From Burkholderiaceae bacterium (GTDB taxonomy: Bacteria; Pseudomonadota; Gammaproteobacteria; Burkholderiales; Burkholderiaceae_E): 46,638 nucleotides of DNA. The DNA is taken from contig JBMSOD010000001.1 of the NCBI GenBank assembly GCA_049422085.1, positions 1 through 46,638 on the forward strand, read 5' to 3'. Under the pieces are notes generated by a model. That model did no database searches, had not been told where the DNA came from, and saw only the letters and a list, made by a program, of their open reading frames with translations. Numbering within the stretch: the first letter of the stretch is position 1; each line of letters begins with the position of its first letter. Shown piece by piece: positions 1-9,156 of the stretch. A program made the translations under genes and the position numbers.

Positions 1-174
1 CACAGCCTCGCGTCCTTGTGCGTCGGTGAGCTTGTAGGTCAGGTTGGAGTGGCCGCCTTCGAGGCGCAGCCAATGAAAGGGCGGGGCGAGTTCGGGAATA
101 TGGGCGCCGATCCAGGCCTCCACGCGTGCAATGTCATAACCCGGAATGCTGGGTGCAGCGGTGGTCATGGGCAT
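1..174 (-). CDS. phosphotransferase-family (APH/choline-kinase fold) protein, N-terminal fragment; the CDS runs off the left window edge
   Basis: Not in the ORF track because only 58 codons lie inside the window. Minus-strand translation is MPMTTAAPSIPGYDIARVEAWIGAHIPELAPPFHWLRLEGGHSNLTYKLTDAQGREAV. The GGxSNxTY glycine-rich motif is typical of kinase-like phosphotransferases found next to acyl-CoA genes. GGAGA at 180-176 favours the second ATG (168) as the start; ATG 174 is the alternative. Confidence 0.5.
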   Translation of the reverse strand, partial: MPMTTAAPSIPGYDIARVEAWIGAHIPELAPPFHWLRLEGGHSNLTYKLTDAQGREAV

Positions 175-250
175 GTCTCCTGTACGGTCAGGGCGGGAGT
201 CTGCATCGGACTCTCGCGCCTCAATGGGGGTCTGCTAGCCTCATGATGCC

Positions 251-1975
251 TCAAGTCGCCGGACGTTCGGGCAGCCACTGCTGCACCGCCAGATCACGCA
301 ACTCACGTTTGAGGATCTTGCCCGACGGGGTGCGGGGCAGGGGCTGCGGACTGGTCACGATGTACCGCGGCACTTCGAAGCGGGCCAGTCGGGCGCTCAG
401 AAAGCTGCGAAGTTCGTCCAGGTCGAGGTCGGGTGCGCCATGCAGAGTGGCGCCCACCTCCTCACCCAGGCGCTCATCGGGCACCGCATAGACCGCAACC
501 TCGTGCACTTTGGGATGCTCGAGCATGGCCGCCTCGACCGCGCCGCAGCCGATGTTCTCGCCGCCCCGAATGATGAGGTCCTTGCTGCGATCGACGATGA
601 ACACATAGCCCTCTTCGTCGAGATAGGCGATGTCGCCGGTGCGAAACCAGCCCTCGGCATCGATCATCTCGGCATTGACCTCGGGCCGGTTCCAGTAGCC
701 CTCGAACATGGCCGTGCCGCGCACCATCAGTTCGCCACGTTCGCCCGAGGGCAGGCTGCGACCGGCATCATCGATGACCTTGAGCTCCATGACGGCCGAG
801 CAGCGCCCGGAACTGGCCGGACGCTCGAGATATTCCTTGCCGTTGATGCCGCAGCCGATGGCATTGGTTTCGGTCATGCCCCAGCCCGTACCGGGCAGCG
901 CCTGCCCGAAGGACTTTCCGATCTGCGCAACCTGCTCGGGCGCTCTGGGAGCGCCGCCTCCGCCGACCGAGATCAGACTGGACAGATCGTAACGGCCCTC
1001 GCGTGAGAGCCGGACCAGATCGCCAGTCATGGCGGCCGGTGCGATGAAGGAGGTCAGGCGCTCGGTCTGAATCAGCCGTGCGCCTTCGTCCACATCCCAT
1101 TTGTGCATGCAGACCAGCTTGCGTTGCAGCCGATAGCTCATCAGAAACACCGCATGCGAGCCGGTGACATGAAAGAGCGGCACGCCCAGCAGGGTGCCCG
1201 GTTGCCGCGCCGGCGGTGGCGGGGGCTCCAGCCCGTCCATGCGCAAGGCTGCAAGACCATCGAGCTCCCAGGAAAAGAGCGAACTCAGGATCGCCCGGTG
1301 GCTGCTCAGTACGCCCTTGGGGTGTCCGGTGGAGCCTGAGGTGTAAAAGAGGGTGGCGGGATCGTCGCGCGAAGGTGCTTGCACTGGCATTGGCACGCCA
1401 TCCGCGCCGCCCGCGTTGCCTGCCTTATCGAAAGAGGCCAGCAGCGTCGACAGACGCGGCGCATCGTCGGTATCTGCGGCCGTCCGTACCGCAATCACCT
1501 GCACAGCGGGCCGCTCTCGCGCACGGCCCAGCCGCTCGATGCGCTCGGCATCTGCAAAAAGTACCTTTGCGCCGCTGTCGTTGAGACCATAGGCCATTTC
1601 GTCGGGCTGCCACATGGAATTCATGGCCACTGCGATTCCGCCGATGGAGGTGATGGCCATGAAGGCCAGCACCCACTCCGGATAGTTGCGCATGGAGATT
1701 GCCACACGGTCGCCCGGGGCGATGCCATAGCGCTGGACCAGCAGCGCACCAATACGACTTGCCTGAGCCCAGGCCTGCGCAAAGCTCAGACGCTCATCCT
1801 GGAACACCAGGAAGGTGGCCTCGCTTGCGGTGGATTCGAAGAGCGCGCGCAGCGTAGGGGGTGCGTTCACAAACACGCGCAGTGCGCGACCCTTGATGAC
1901 CAGCGTCTGCAGTTCGTGAGGCAGCCCCGGGGCAGCGAGTTCGGTGATGGCCTGGGCGCGGTTGGGCAGGGGCAT
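251..1975 (-). CDS. AMP-dependent acyl-CoA synthetase/ligase (ANL superfamily)
   Basis: 574-aa ORF with the AMP-binding signature YTSGSTGHPKGV, then GWFRTGD and a C-terminal PSGKILKRELR lysine motif. GGAG lies about 10 nt upstream of the ATG. Confidence 0.9.
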   Translation of the reverse strand: MPLPNRAQAITELAAPGLPHELQTLVIKGRALRVFVNAPPTLRALFESTASEATFLVFQDERLSFAQAWAQASRIGALLVQRYGIAPGDRVAISMRNYPEWVLAFMAITSIGGIAVAMNSMWQPDEMAYGLNDSGAKVLFADAERIERLGRARERPAVQVIAVRTAADTDDAPRLSTLLASFDKAGNAGGADGVPMPVQAPSRDDPATLFYTSGSTGHPKGVLSSHRAILSSLFSWELDGLAALRMDGLEPPPPPARQPGTLLGVPLFHVTGSHAVFLMSYRLQRKLVCMHKWDVDEGARLIQTERLTSFIAPAAMTGDLVRLSREGRYDLSSLISVGGGGAPRAPEQVAQIGKSFGQALPGTGWGMTETNAIGCGINGKEYLERPASSGRCSAVMELKVIDDAGRSLPSGERGELMVRGTAMFEGYWNRPEVNAEMIDAEGWFRTGDIAYLDEEGYVFIVDRSKDLIIRGGENIGCGAVEAAMLEHPKVHEVAVYAVPDERLGEEVGATLHGAPDLDLDELRSFLSARLARFEVPRYIVTSPQPLPRTPSGKILKRELRDLAVQQWLPERPAT

Positions 1976-2136
1976 GCGAGGAAGTCTCCGGATTATTTTT
2001 GAGGCCGAGCGGAAGGGGCGTGTGCCTTACGGGATCGGCCGAAGTGGATTGTGCACCGATGTCCGCCCTCAGGGCAGGGGTCACCAGCCTGCCATCGCCA
2101 TAGCCTGGCGGGGGTTCGGCCACATGAAGCGGCATG

Positions 2137-2754
2137 TCAGGGGTTTCCGTGAAGACCAGCATCGCGCATCTGGCGGATGATGGGCGCGGAGTCTTCGGCT
2201 CGGTGATCAATGCAGGCTTCAGTCAAGAGCCGCCGCAAGCCATCGTGCCCAAGGCGCCGCAGGGTCCCGATATTGCGCTCATAGATGTCGGCGGCGTCAG
2301 GAAAGGCTTCTACCGCCCGCGCGACGCTGTCCTCGCGCAGCAGATGCAGCATCGGATAAGGCGAGCGATTGCTGAAGTTTTCGATATCGCCGGGTGCGCC
2401 GTCTGCAAAGACATAGTCCGGGTGAAAACTCGCGATCTGCAGCACGCCTTCGAAACCCGCCTTGCGCAGGGCGCGATTGGCCTGGTGCAGGAAGGCAGCG
2501 TATTCGACAAAGTCGGTCAGCGCATGCGGGTGGATGAGCAGCGTGGTGTCGATCGCGCCGGGATCGGCCTGCACCAGCAAGGACATTTCATCGCCCAGGA
2601 CGTCAAGCAGGGCTCGGGCGTCGGTGACCTCAGTGACCGAATACCGGATCTGCCGCTTCACCTGAACGGCTTTGGCAAAGGGGCACAGATTCAGCCCGAT
2701 CACCACCGCTTCGAGCCAGCGCTGCGTGGCGGCGATGACGTTGGCCGCATTCAT
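2137..2754 (-). CDS. DUF1415-family protein (function unknown)
   Basis: 205-aa ORF. The N-terminal GLNLCPFAK motif and the length match my recollection of DUF1415. Codon usage resembles the neighbours, and the gene starts 43 bp downstream of the mccB stop on the same strand. Confidence 0.6.
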   Translation of the reverse strand: MNAANVIAATQRWLEAVVIGLNLCPFAKAVQVKRQIRYSVTEVTDARALLDVLGDEMSLLVQADPGAIDTTLLIHPHALTDFVEYAAFLHQANRALRKAGFEGVLQIASFHPDYVFADGAPGDIENFSNRSPYPMLHLLREDSVARAVEAFPDAADIYERNIGTLRRLGHDGLRRLLTEACIDHRAEDSAPIIRQMRDAGLHGNP

Positions 2755-2797
2755 GCAGGACTCCTGCCGAATTCAGCTTGGAGCCGCGCCCCTGAGC

Positions 2798-4417
2798 TCA
2801 CATCCGGAACACACCGAATCGGGTGTCTTCGATGGGGGCATTCAGGCTGGCCGACAGGCCCAGCGCCAGCACCCGGCGCGTGTCCGCCGGATCGATGATG
2901 CCGTCGTCCCACAGACGTGCACTGGCGTAGTAGGGATGGCCCTGCACGTCGTATTGCGCCCGGATCGGGGCCTTGAAGGCGGCCTCGTCTTCGGCGCTCC
3001 ACGCCTGCCCGCGCGCCTCCAGACCATCACGGCGCACGGTGGCGAGCACCGAGGCTGCCTGCTCTCCGCCCATCACGCTGATGCGCGCATTGGGCCACAT
3101 CCAGAGAAAGCGCGGCGAGTAGGCGCGTCCGCACATGCCGTAATTGCCTGCGCCAAAGCTGCCGCCAATGATCACCGTGAACTTGGGCACCTTGGCGCAG
3201 GCCACGGCCGTGACCATCTTGGCGCCATTGCGGGCAATGCCTTCGTTCTCGTATTTGCGCCCGACCATGAAGCCGGTGATGTTCTGCAAGAAGAGCAGCG
3301 GCACCTTGCGCTGACAGCACAGCTCGATGAAATGGGCCGCCTTGAGGGCCGACTCGGAGAAGAGGATGCCGTTGTTGGCAATGATGCCGATGGGCATGCC
3401 ATGCACATGCGCAAAGCCGGTGACCAGGGTGGTGCCGTAGCGCGCCTTCCATTCGTCAAGCTCGGAGCCGTCCACAATGCGGGCGATCACCTCGCGCACA
3501 TCGTAGGGTTTGCGGGTGTCGGTGGGGATCACGCCGTGCAGTTCGCGCGGATCATGCAGCGGTGCACGCACCGGCTGCAGCACCAGGGACTCGGGCTTGC
3601 GCCAGTTCAGGCTGGCCACGATCCGTCGGGCGATTGCCAGCGCATGATGATCGTTGTCAGCCAGCCAGTCGGCCACGCCCGATTGCCGGGTATGCACGTC
3701 GCCGCCGCCCAGGTCTTCGGCCGAGACCACCTCACCGGTAGCGGCCTTGACCAGGGGTGGGCCGCCCAGAAAGATGGTGCCCTGATTGCGCACGATCACC
3801 GACTCATCACTCATGGCGGGCACATAGGCGCCGCCTGCCGTGCATGAGCCCATCACGACCGCAATCTGCGGAATGCCCCGGGCCGAGAGATTGGCCTGGT
3901 TGAAGAAGATGCGCCCGAAATGCTCGCGATCAGGAAAGACCTCGTCCTGATTGGGCAGGTTGGCGCCTCCGGAATCGACCAGATAGATGCAGGGCAGACG
4001 GTTTTCGGCAGCGATTTCCTGGGCACGCAGGTGCTTCTTGACCGTGACCGGATAGTAAGTGCCGCCCTTCACGGTGGCGTCGTTACACACGATCATGCAC
4101 TCGACCCCACTCACGCGACCGATGCCGGTGATGATGCCCGCGCAGGGCGCCTCGCCGTCATACATGCCGTGCGCGGCCAGTGCCGACAGCTCCAGAAAGG
4201 CGCTTCCTGGATCAAGCAGGTCATCGATGCGATCACGCGGCAGCAGCTTGCCCCGGGCGGTGTGCTTTGCGCGCGCGGCTTCGCCACCGCCCGCTGCCGC
4301 CTCGGCCATGCGGGCCTGAAGATCATCCACCAGGGCACCCATGGCCCGGGCATTGGCCTGGAATTCTGCGCTTCTCGGATCGAGTCGAGTGTCGAGGACA
4401 GCCATGGCGTCAGACAT
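2798..4417 (-). CDS. mccB: methylcrotonyl-CoA carboxylase beta subunit (carboxyltransferase)
   Basis: 539-aa ORF covering a full-length acyl-CoA carboxyltransferase, with the typical N-terminus ([12 protein letters not shown]) and the typical C-terminal ...[11 protein letters not shown] 4405 (MAVLDTRL...) is an equally plausible start. Confidence 0.9.
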   Translation of the reverse strand: MSDAMAVLDTRLDPRSAEFQANARAMGALVDDLQARMAEAAAGGGEAARAKHTARGKLLPRDRIDDLLDPGSAFLELSALAAHGMYDGEAPCAGIITGIGRVSGVECMIVCNDATVKGGTYYPVTVKKHLRAQEIAAENRLPCIYLVDSGGANLPNQDEVFPDREHFGRIFFNQANLSARGIPQIAVVMGSCTAGGAYVPAMSDESVIVRNQGTIFLGGPPLVKAATGEVVSAEDLGGGDVHTRQSGVADWLADNDHHALAIARRIVASLNWRKPESLVLQPVRAPLHDPRELHGVIPTDTRKPYDVREVIARIVDGSELDEWKARYGTTLVTGFAHVHGMPIGIIANNGILFSESALKAAHFIELCCQRKVPLLFLQNITGFMVGRKYENEGIARNGAKMVTAVACAKVPKFTVIIGGSFGAGNYGMCGRAYSPRFLWMWPNARISVMGGEQAASVLATVRRDGLEARGQAWSAEDEAAFKAPIRAQYDVQGHPYYASARLWDDGIIDPADTRRVLALGLSASLNAPIEDTRFGVFRM

Positions 4418-5252
4418 CCATCACGCGGTCGAGGCCCCGGGTCAGGCCGATACGACCCCGCACTGCGCGGATGGCCAGCAGCGCACCGTCGACATAAGGC
4501 TCGGCACTGCTGCCCGAGTCATGACGGATCTGCAGACGCTGGTCGGGGGCGCCAAACACGGCCTCAACACTCAGCGCGTAGCCCGGCACCCGCAGGGCAT
4601 GCACTGGAATGCCTGACATGGGCGCGCCCCGCGACTCCTTTGGCCCGCGCACCTGATCCAGCGGCACCGCACCGGGCTGGGCACTGCCGCGAGCGGCCCC
4701 CAGACGAACGACCAGTTCGCGCACGGTGCCCGAGGGCACATCGACCTTGGAGGCCTTGGCATAGTCGAGCACCTCGACATCGGGCAGATAGCGCGCAGCC
4801 ATTTCGGCAAACTTGAGCAGCAGCACGGCCGTGATCGCAAAGTTGCCGCAGGCCAGTACGCCCCGGCCGAGCGAGCGGGCCAGGGCGTCGATCTCGGCAT
4901 AGTCCTCATCGGTGAGGCCTGAAGTGCCGACCACCACATCGAGCCCCGCCTTCAGCGCCGTGATCACATTGGCTTTGGCGACTTCGGGTTTGCTGTACTC
5001 GAAGAAGACCTCGGCAGGGACGGCACAGGCTTGCGCAGCGTTGGCATGCACCTGTGCGCCCGCAGCGCCATGCGCGTCCGTGCCCAGGGCCTGACCGATG
5101 CTCTTGCCTGCTGCACTGCGCGCAATGCCTGCCGCCAGGCGCAGGTCACTCTGTTTCAGGATGCCGTGAGCCAGGGCTGAGCCTGCCCAGCCTGTGACGC
5201 CAGAGAGAATGACCCGCAGCGCGGAGCCAGAGGAAGTGGAAGGTGTCGTCAT
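4410..5252 (-). CDS. dihydrodipicolinate reductase (DapB)-like oxidoreductase, divergent paralog
   Basis: 280-aa ORF with an N-terminal Rossmann motif ([13 protein letters not shown]), the DapB-type KVDVPSGT segment and a C-terminal LQIRHDS block resembling LEITHKA of DapB. The EAHHRHK catalytic motif is replaced by DYAKASK. The gene overlaps both neighbours (4 bp and 8 bp). Confidence 0.7.
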   Translation of the reverse strand: MTTPSTSSGSALRVILSGVTGWAGSALAHGILKQSDLRLAAGIARSAAGKSIGQALGTDAHGAAGAQVHANAAQACAVPAEVFFEYSKPEVAKANVITALKAGLDVVVGTSGLTDEDYAEIDALARSLGRGVLACGNFAITAVLLLKFAEMAARYLPDVEVLDYAKASKVDVPSGTVRELVVRLGAARGSAQPGAVPLDQVRGPKESRGAPMSGIPVHALRVPGYALSVEAVFGAPDQRLQIRHDSGSSAEPYVDGALLAIRAVRGRIGLTRGLDRVMDV

Positions 5253-5935
5253 GACTGCCGGATCTCCTGGCTCAGATGTTGACCGAAGAAGGCCAGCGTT
5301 CTTGCAAGCGCCGTCTGTGCACTGTCTTCATGCCAGTCGGGGTGGCCGTGACGGTTGAACCCGTGGCCTGCCGGATAGACATGGCAGGCCGCCTCGGGTT
5401 GGGCCTGGCTGATTCGTCTTACGGTGTCCATCGGAATGAGGGCATCGGTTTCACCAAAGTGCAGCATCAGGGGCGCTTGTGCATGTTCATGCAGATAGGG
5501 CGCGGTGCGACCGCCGTAATAGCCCACCGCCGGCAGCCCCAGGCGGGTCGCGCTCAGATAGGCGACCGATCCGCCCCAGCAGTAGCCCACCACGCCGGTG
5601 GGCAGGCCCATGGCCACCTGCTGCTGGGCGGCCCGGATGTCGCGCAGGGGCGCATCCAGACCCAGGGCATCGACCCGGCTGCGGCCCGCCGCAAGACCTT
5701 CGGGGGTATAGCCCAGTTCGGCGCCCTGACCGTCATCCACCCGGTCGAAGAAGGCGGGCGCGACCGCCAGATAGCCGGCCGCCGCATATTGGGCCGCCGC
5801 AACCCAGCGAATATGGTCATTGACCCCGAAAATTTCCTGAACGACAACGATGCAGCCCCGGGGCGGGCCTTCGGGTCGGGCCACAAAGGCACGGGTCTTT
5901 GCGCCGTCGATGGCTTCGAGCGTGACGGTCTCCAT
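5249..5935 (-). CDS. dienelactone hydrolase family protein (carboxymethylenebutenolidase-like)
   Basis: 228-aa ORF with an alpha/beta-hydrolase layout, a Cys nucleophile elbow GYCWGG as in ClcD-type enzymes, and a late HGF histidine. Confidence 0.85.
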   Translation of the reverse strand: METVTLEAIDGAKTRAFVARPEGPPRGCIVVVQEIFGVNDHIRWVAAAQYAAAGYLAVAPAFFDRVDDGQGAELGYTPEGLAAGRSRVDALGLDAPLRDIRAAQQQVAMGLPTGVVGYCWGGSVAYLSATRLGLPAVGYYGGRTAPYLHEHAQAPLMLHFGETDALIPMDTVRRISQAQPEAACHVYPAGHGFNRHGHPDWHEDSAQTALARTLAFFGQHLSQEIRQS

Positions 5936-6028
5936 GGTGAGTCTCCTTGCGTATTGGCGGGTCGCTATTCTGGGGTCTTGGCTTCTTGAACTGCCGGGCA
6001 GCTCGGACAGCGTGTTCGAACCGAAGGT

Positions 6029-7189
6029 TCAGATGGACTCGGTCTGTGCCAGCGCTCTGCCGATCAGGATTTTCTGGATATCGCTGGTGCCTTCATAGAT
6101 CTGGCAAACGCGCACATCGCGCCAGATGCGCTCGACCGGAAAGTCGTTCACATAGCCATAGCCGCCATGAATCTGGATGGCCTGCGAGCAGACACGCTCG
6201 GCCATCTCGGAGGCAAAGAGCTTGGCCATGGCGGCCTGCGTGAGGCAGGGTACGCCTGCATCCTTGAGCGCTGCGGCATGGGCGATCAGCTGGCGGGCCG
6301 CCTCGATCTGGGTGGCCATGTCGGCCAGCCTGAATTGCACGGCCTGATGCTCGAAGATGCGGGCACCAAAGGCCTCGCGCTCCTTGGCATAGCGCAGGGC
6401 GGCCTCGAAGGCCGCGCGGGCCATGCCCAGGCTCTGAGCGGCGATGCCGATGCGCCCACCCTCCAGCCCAGACAGGGCGATCTTGTAGCCCTCGCCCTCT
6501 TCGCCCAGCCGATGGCTGACCGGAACCCGGCAGCCCTCAAAGCGGATCTGCGCGGTATCGGAGGCGCGCTGTCCGGCCTTGGATTCGAGCCTCTCGACGA
6601 TGTACCCCGGCGTGTCAGTGGGCACGACGAAGGCGGAAATCCCCCGCTTGCCTGCGGCGGGATCGGTCACGGCCATCACGATGGCGAGATCGGCATGTTT
6701 GCCGGAGGTAATGAACTGCTTGACCCCGTCAATGACATAGACGGCCTGGCCTTGCGCGTCGGTTTCAAGTCGCGCCGTGGTGCGCAGCGAGGACGCGTCG
6801 GAGCCCGCCTGAGGTTCGGTGAGACAGAAGGCGCCGAGCATCTCGCCGCGGGCCAGGGGCACCAGCCAGCGCTGCTTCTGGGCCTCATTGGCCCAGGCCT
6901 GAAAGATGGAGCACACCGGGCAGTTGTTGACCGAGAGGATGGTCGATGTGGCGCCATCGGCGGCGGCGACCTCCTCCAGGATGAGCGCGAGGGCTTGAAA
7001 GGACAGACCGGCACCGCCCCACTGCTCGGGCACGGTGATGCCGTAGCAGCCGAGTTCGGCCAGGCCTTTCAGGGCCTGAGCAGGAAACGTACTGTCGCGG
7101 TCCCATTGCGCCGCATGCGGCGCCACATGGTCATGGACATAGGCGCGCACGGCATCGCGCACCATGACAAGGTCTTCTGGAATCAGCAT
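6029..7189 (-). CDS. acyl-CoA dehydrogenase (short/branched-chain type)
   Basis: 386-aa ORF with LTEPQAGSD, the C-terminal GGYGY...IYEGTSDIQKILIGR signature and the catalytic Glu region typical of ACADs. Confidence 0.9.
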   Translation of the reverse strand: MLIPEDLVMVRDAVRAYVHDHVAPHAAQWDRDSTFPAQALKGLAELGCYGITVPEQWGGAGLSFQALALILEEVAAADGATSTILSVNNCPVCSIFQAWANEAQKQRWLVPLARGEMLGAFCLTEPQAGSDASSLRTTARLETDAQGQAVYVIDGVKQFITSGKHADLAIVMAVTDPAAGKRGISAFVVPTDTPGYIVERLESKAGQRASDTAQIRFEGCRVPVSHRLGEEGEGYKIALSGLEGGRIGIAAQSLGMARAAFEAALRYAKEREAFGARIFEHQAVQFRLADMATQIEAARQLIAHAAALKDAGVPCLTQAAMAKLFASEMAERVCSQAIQIHGGYGYVNDFPVERIWRDVRVCQIYEGTSDIQKILIGRALAQTESI

Positions 7190-7218
7190 GCAGGTGTTCC
7201 GATGATGAGGGGCCGCGC

Positions 7219-7896
7219 TTACCAGGGCAGCGCCTGGCCGCGATAGTCCAGAAAGGCGCCGCTCGGATAGGCCTCGCGATCGGCAATGATGCGCCGCAGG
7301 CCGGCCACGGAGTCCTGTACGGCCACGTCGGCGTTGGGTCCGCCCATGTCGGTACGGACCCAGCCCGGATGCAGCGAGAGCACCCGGATGCCTACCGGCG
7401 CGTAGTCGGCATGGGCCAGCTTGGCCACCATGTTGACTGCCGCCTTGGAGACCCGGTAGAGCATGCCGTGGCTGGCCGAGGCTTCGGCGATCGAGCCCAT
7501 GCGGCTCGAAATGAAGGCCACCGTGCCTTGCGAAGGGGCGAGCAGCGGCGCGAGCATGGGCATGAGCCGCATGGCCGAGAGCACGTTGGTGCGCATCACC
7601 AGATCGAACTGCTCATCGCTGGGCGGTGCCTGAATGCTGCTGGTGCGCAGCCCATAGACCCCGGCATTGACCACAGCCACATCAATGCGGACCTCATCGA
7701 GCTGCCAGCCAATCCCGGCCAGATCTTCGGTGCGGGTGACATCGAGCTTGAGCGTGTGCGCGCCCAGGTCACGCAGCGTGAGCCGGTCGTCCTCGTTGCG
7801 ATGGGTCCCGTAGACGGTCCAGCCGGCTTCGGCGTACTGGCGGGTGAACTCAAGGCCGATGCCCCGCGAGGCACCCAGCACAAGGGCAGTCGGCAT
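7219..7896 (-). CDS. short-chain dehydrogenase/reductase (SDR, C-factor-like)
   Basis: 225-aa ORF with the cofactor motif GASRGIG, NAG, and the catalytic YRVSK (YxxxK). Confidence 0.85.
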   Translation of the reverse strand: MPTALVLGASRGIGLEFTRQYAEAGWTVYGTHRNEDDRLTLRDLGAHTLKLDVTRTEDLAGIGWQLDEVRIDVAVVNAGVYGLRTSSIQAPPSDEQFDLVMRTNVLSAMRLMPMLAPLLAPSQGTVAFISSRMGSIAEASASHGMLYRVSKAAVNMVAKLAHADYAPVGIRVLSLHPGWVRTDMGGPNADVAVQDSVAGLRRIIADREAYPSGAFLDYRGQALPW

Positions 7897-7908
7897 GCGT
7901 GGTGGTCC

Positions 7909-9105
7909 TCAGAGCATTTCGATGGCGACCGCCGTGGCCTCGCCACCACCGATGCACAGCGAGGCGACGCCCCGCTTTCCGCCCGTCTTGCGCAGGCCCC
8001 CGATCAGCGTGACGATCAGACGCGCGCCCGAGGCGCCGATCGGATGCCCCAGGGCACAGGCGCCGCCGTGAATGTTGACCTTCTCGTGGGGCAGGCCGTG
8101 TTCCTTCATGGCGGCCATGGCGACCACCGCAAAGGCTTCATTGATTTCGAACAGATCGGTGCTGGCGCTGCTCCAGCCGGTCTTGTCGTAGAGCTTGCGA
8201 ATGGCGCCCACTGGCGCAGTGGTGAACCACTGCGGCTGCTGGGCATGGGTGGCATGGCCGACCATGCGGGCGATCGGCTTGATGCCGAGCGAGGCTGCTG
8301 TAGAGGCGCGCATCATCACCAGCGCGGCCGCGCCATCGGAAATCGAAGAGGACGATGCGGCCGTGACCGTGCCGTCCTTGCGGAATGCAGGCTTGAGCGA
8401 GGGAATCTTGCCGATGTCGCTCTTGAAGGGGCTTTCGTCCTTGTCGAGGGTGACCTCGCCCTTGCGACCTGCCACGGTGAGCGGTGCGATCTCGAAGGCG
8501 AAGGAACCGTCGGTGTTGGCCGCACGAGCCCGCTCGGTGGAGGCAATGGCAAAGGCATCCTGGGCTTCGCGGGTGAACTGGTAATGCGCAGCACAGTCTT
8601 CACCATAGTTGCCCATCGACTTGCCGCCGCCATTGGGCATCTTGTCGTAGGCGTCTTCCAGGCCATCCAGGGCCATATGGTCGAACAGGGTGCCATGGCC
8701 GTAGCGATAACCGCCACGCCCCTTGAGCATCAGGTAGGGCGCATTGCTCATGCTTTCCATGCCGCCCGCCACGATGATGTCCTGGCTGCCCACACTCAGC
8801 AGGTCATGGGCCAGCATGGCGGCCTTCATGCCCGAACCGCAGACCTTGTTGATCGTGGTGGCCCCGGCTGACATGGGCAGGCCTGCCCCGAGCGAGGCCT
8901 GTCGTGCGGGGGCCTGGCCCTGACCCGCAGGCAGCACACAACCCATGATCACTTCCTGCACCTGCTCGGGCGCAAGCCCGGCCCGGGTGACCGCAGCACG
9001 AATCGCATGGGCACCCAGCTGATGTGCCGCGAAGCCCGACAGCTCGCCCATCATGCTGCCAATGGGAGTGCGGGCCACGGAGGCAATGACGATCGGATCA
9101 TTCAT
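7909..9105 (-). CDS. acetyl-CoA C-acetyltransferase (thiolase II)
   Basis: 398-aa ORF with the active-site Cys context INKVCGSGMKA, NEAFA, GGACALGHPIGASG and the C-terminal CIGGGEA. Confidence 0.92.
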   Translation of the reverse strand: MNDPIVIASVARTPIGSMMGELSGFAAHQLGAHAIRAAVTRAGLAPEQVQEVIMGCVLPAGQGQAPARQASLGAGLPMSAGATTINKVCGSGMKAAMLAHDLLSVGSQDIIVAGGMESMSNAPYLMLKGRGGYRYGHGTLFDHMALDGLEDAYDKMPNGGGKSMGNYGEDCAAHYQFTREAQDAFAIASTERARAANTDGSFAFEIAPLTVAGRKGEVTLDKDESPFKSDIGKIPSLKPAFRKDGTVTAASSSSISDGAAALVMMRASTAASLGIKPIARMVGHATHAQQPQWFTTAPVGAIRKLYDKTGWSSASTDLFEINEAFAVVAMAAMKEHGLPHEKVNIHGGACALGHPIGASGARLIVTLIGGLRKTGGKRGVASLCIGGGEATAVAIEML

Positions 9106-9156
9106 GAGTGTTCTCCAGAGCCCGCAAGGGGCTTCGAGGGCGCAGGGGGATTGGCA

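Noticed and set aside
1976-2136. The largest intergenic gap in the window, containing the inverted repeat ggccga...tcggcc around aagg...cctt; considered as an sRNA or terminator
   Set aside because: The stems are short (4-6 bp) with a long loop, and no U-tract lies on the strand where a terminator would be needed (minus). A small ORF here (1944..2180) has implausible composition. It is most simply the promoter/leader of the acyl-CoA synthetase gene.
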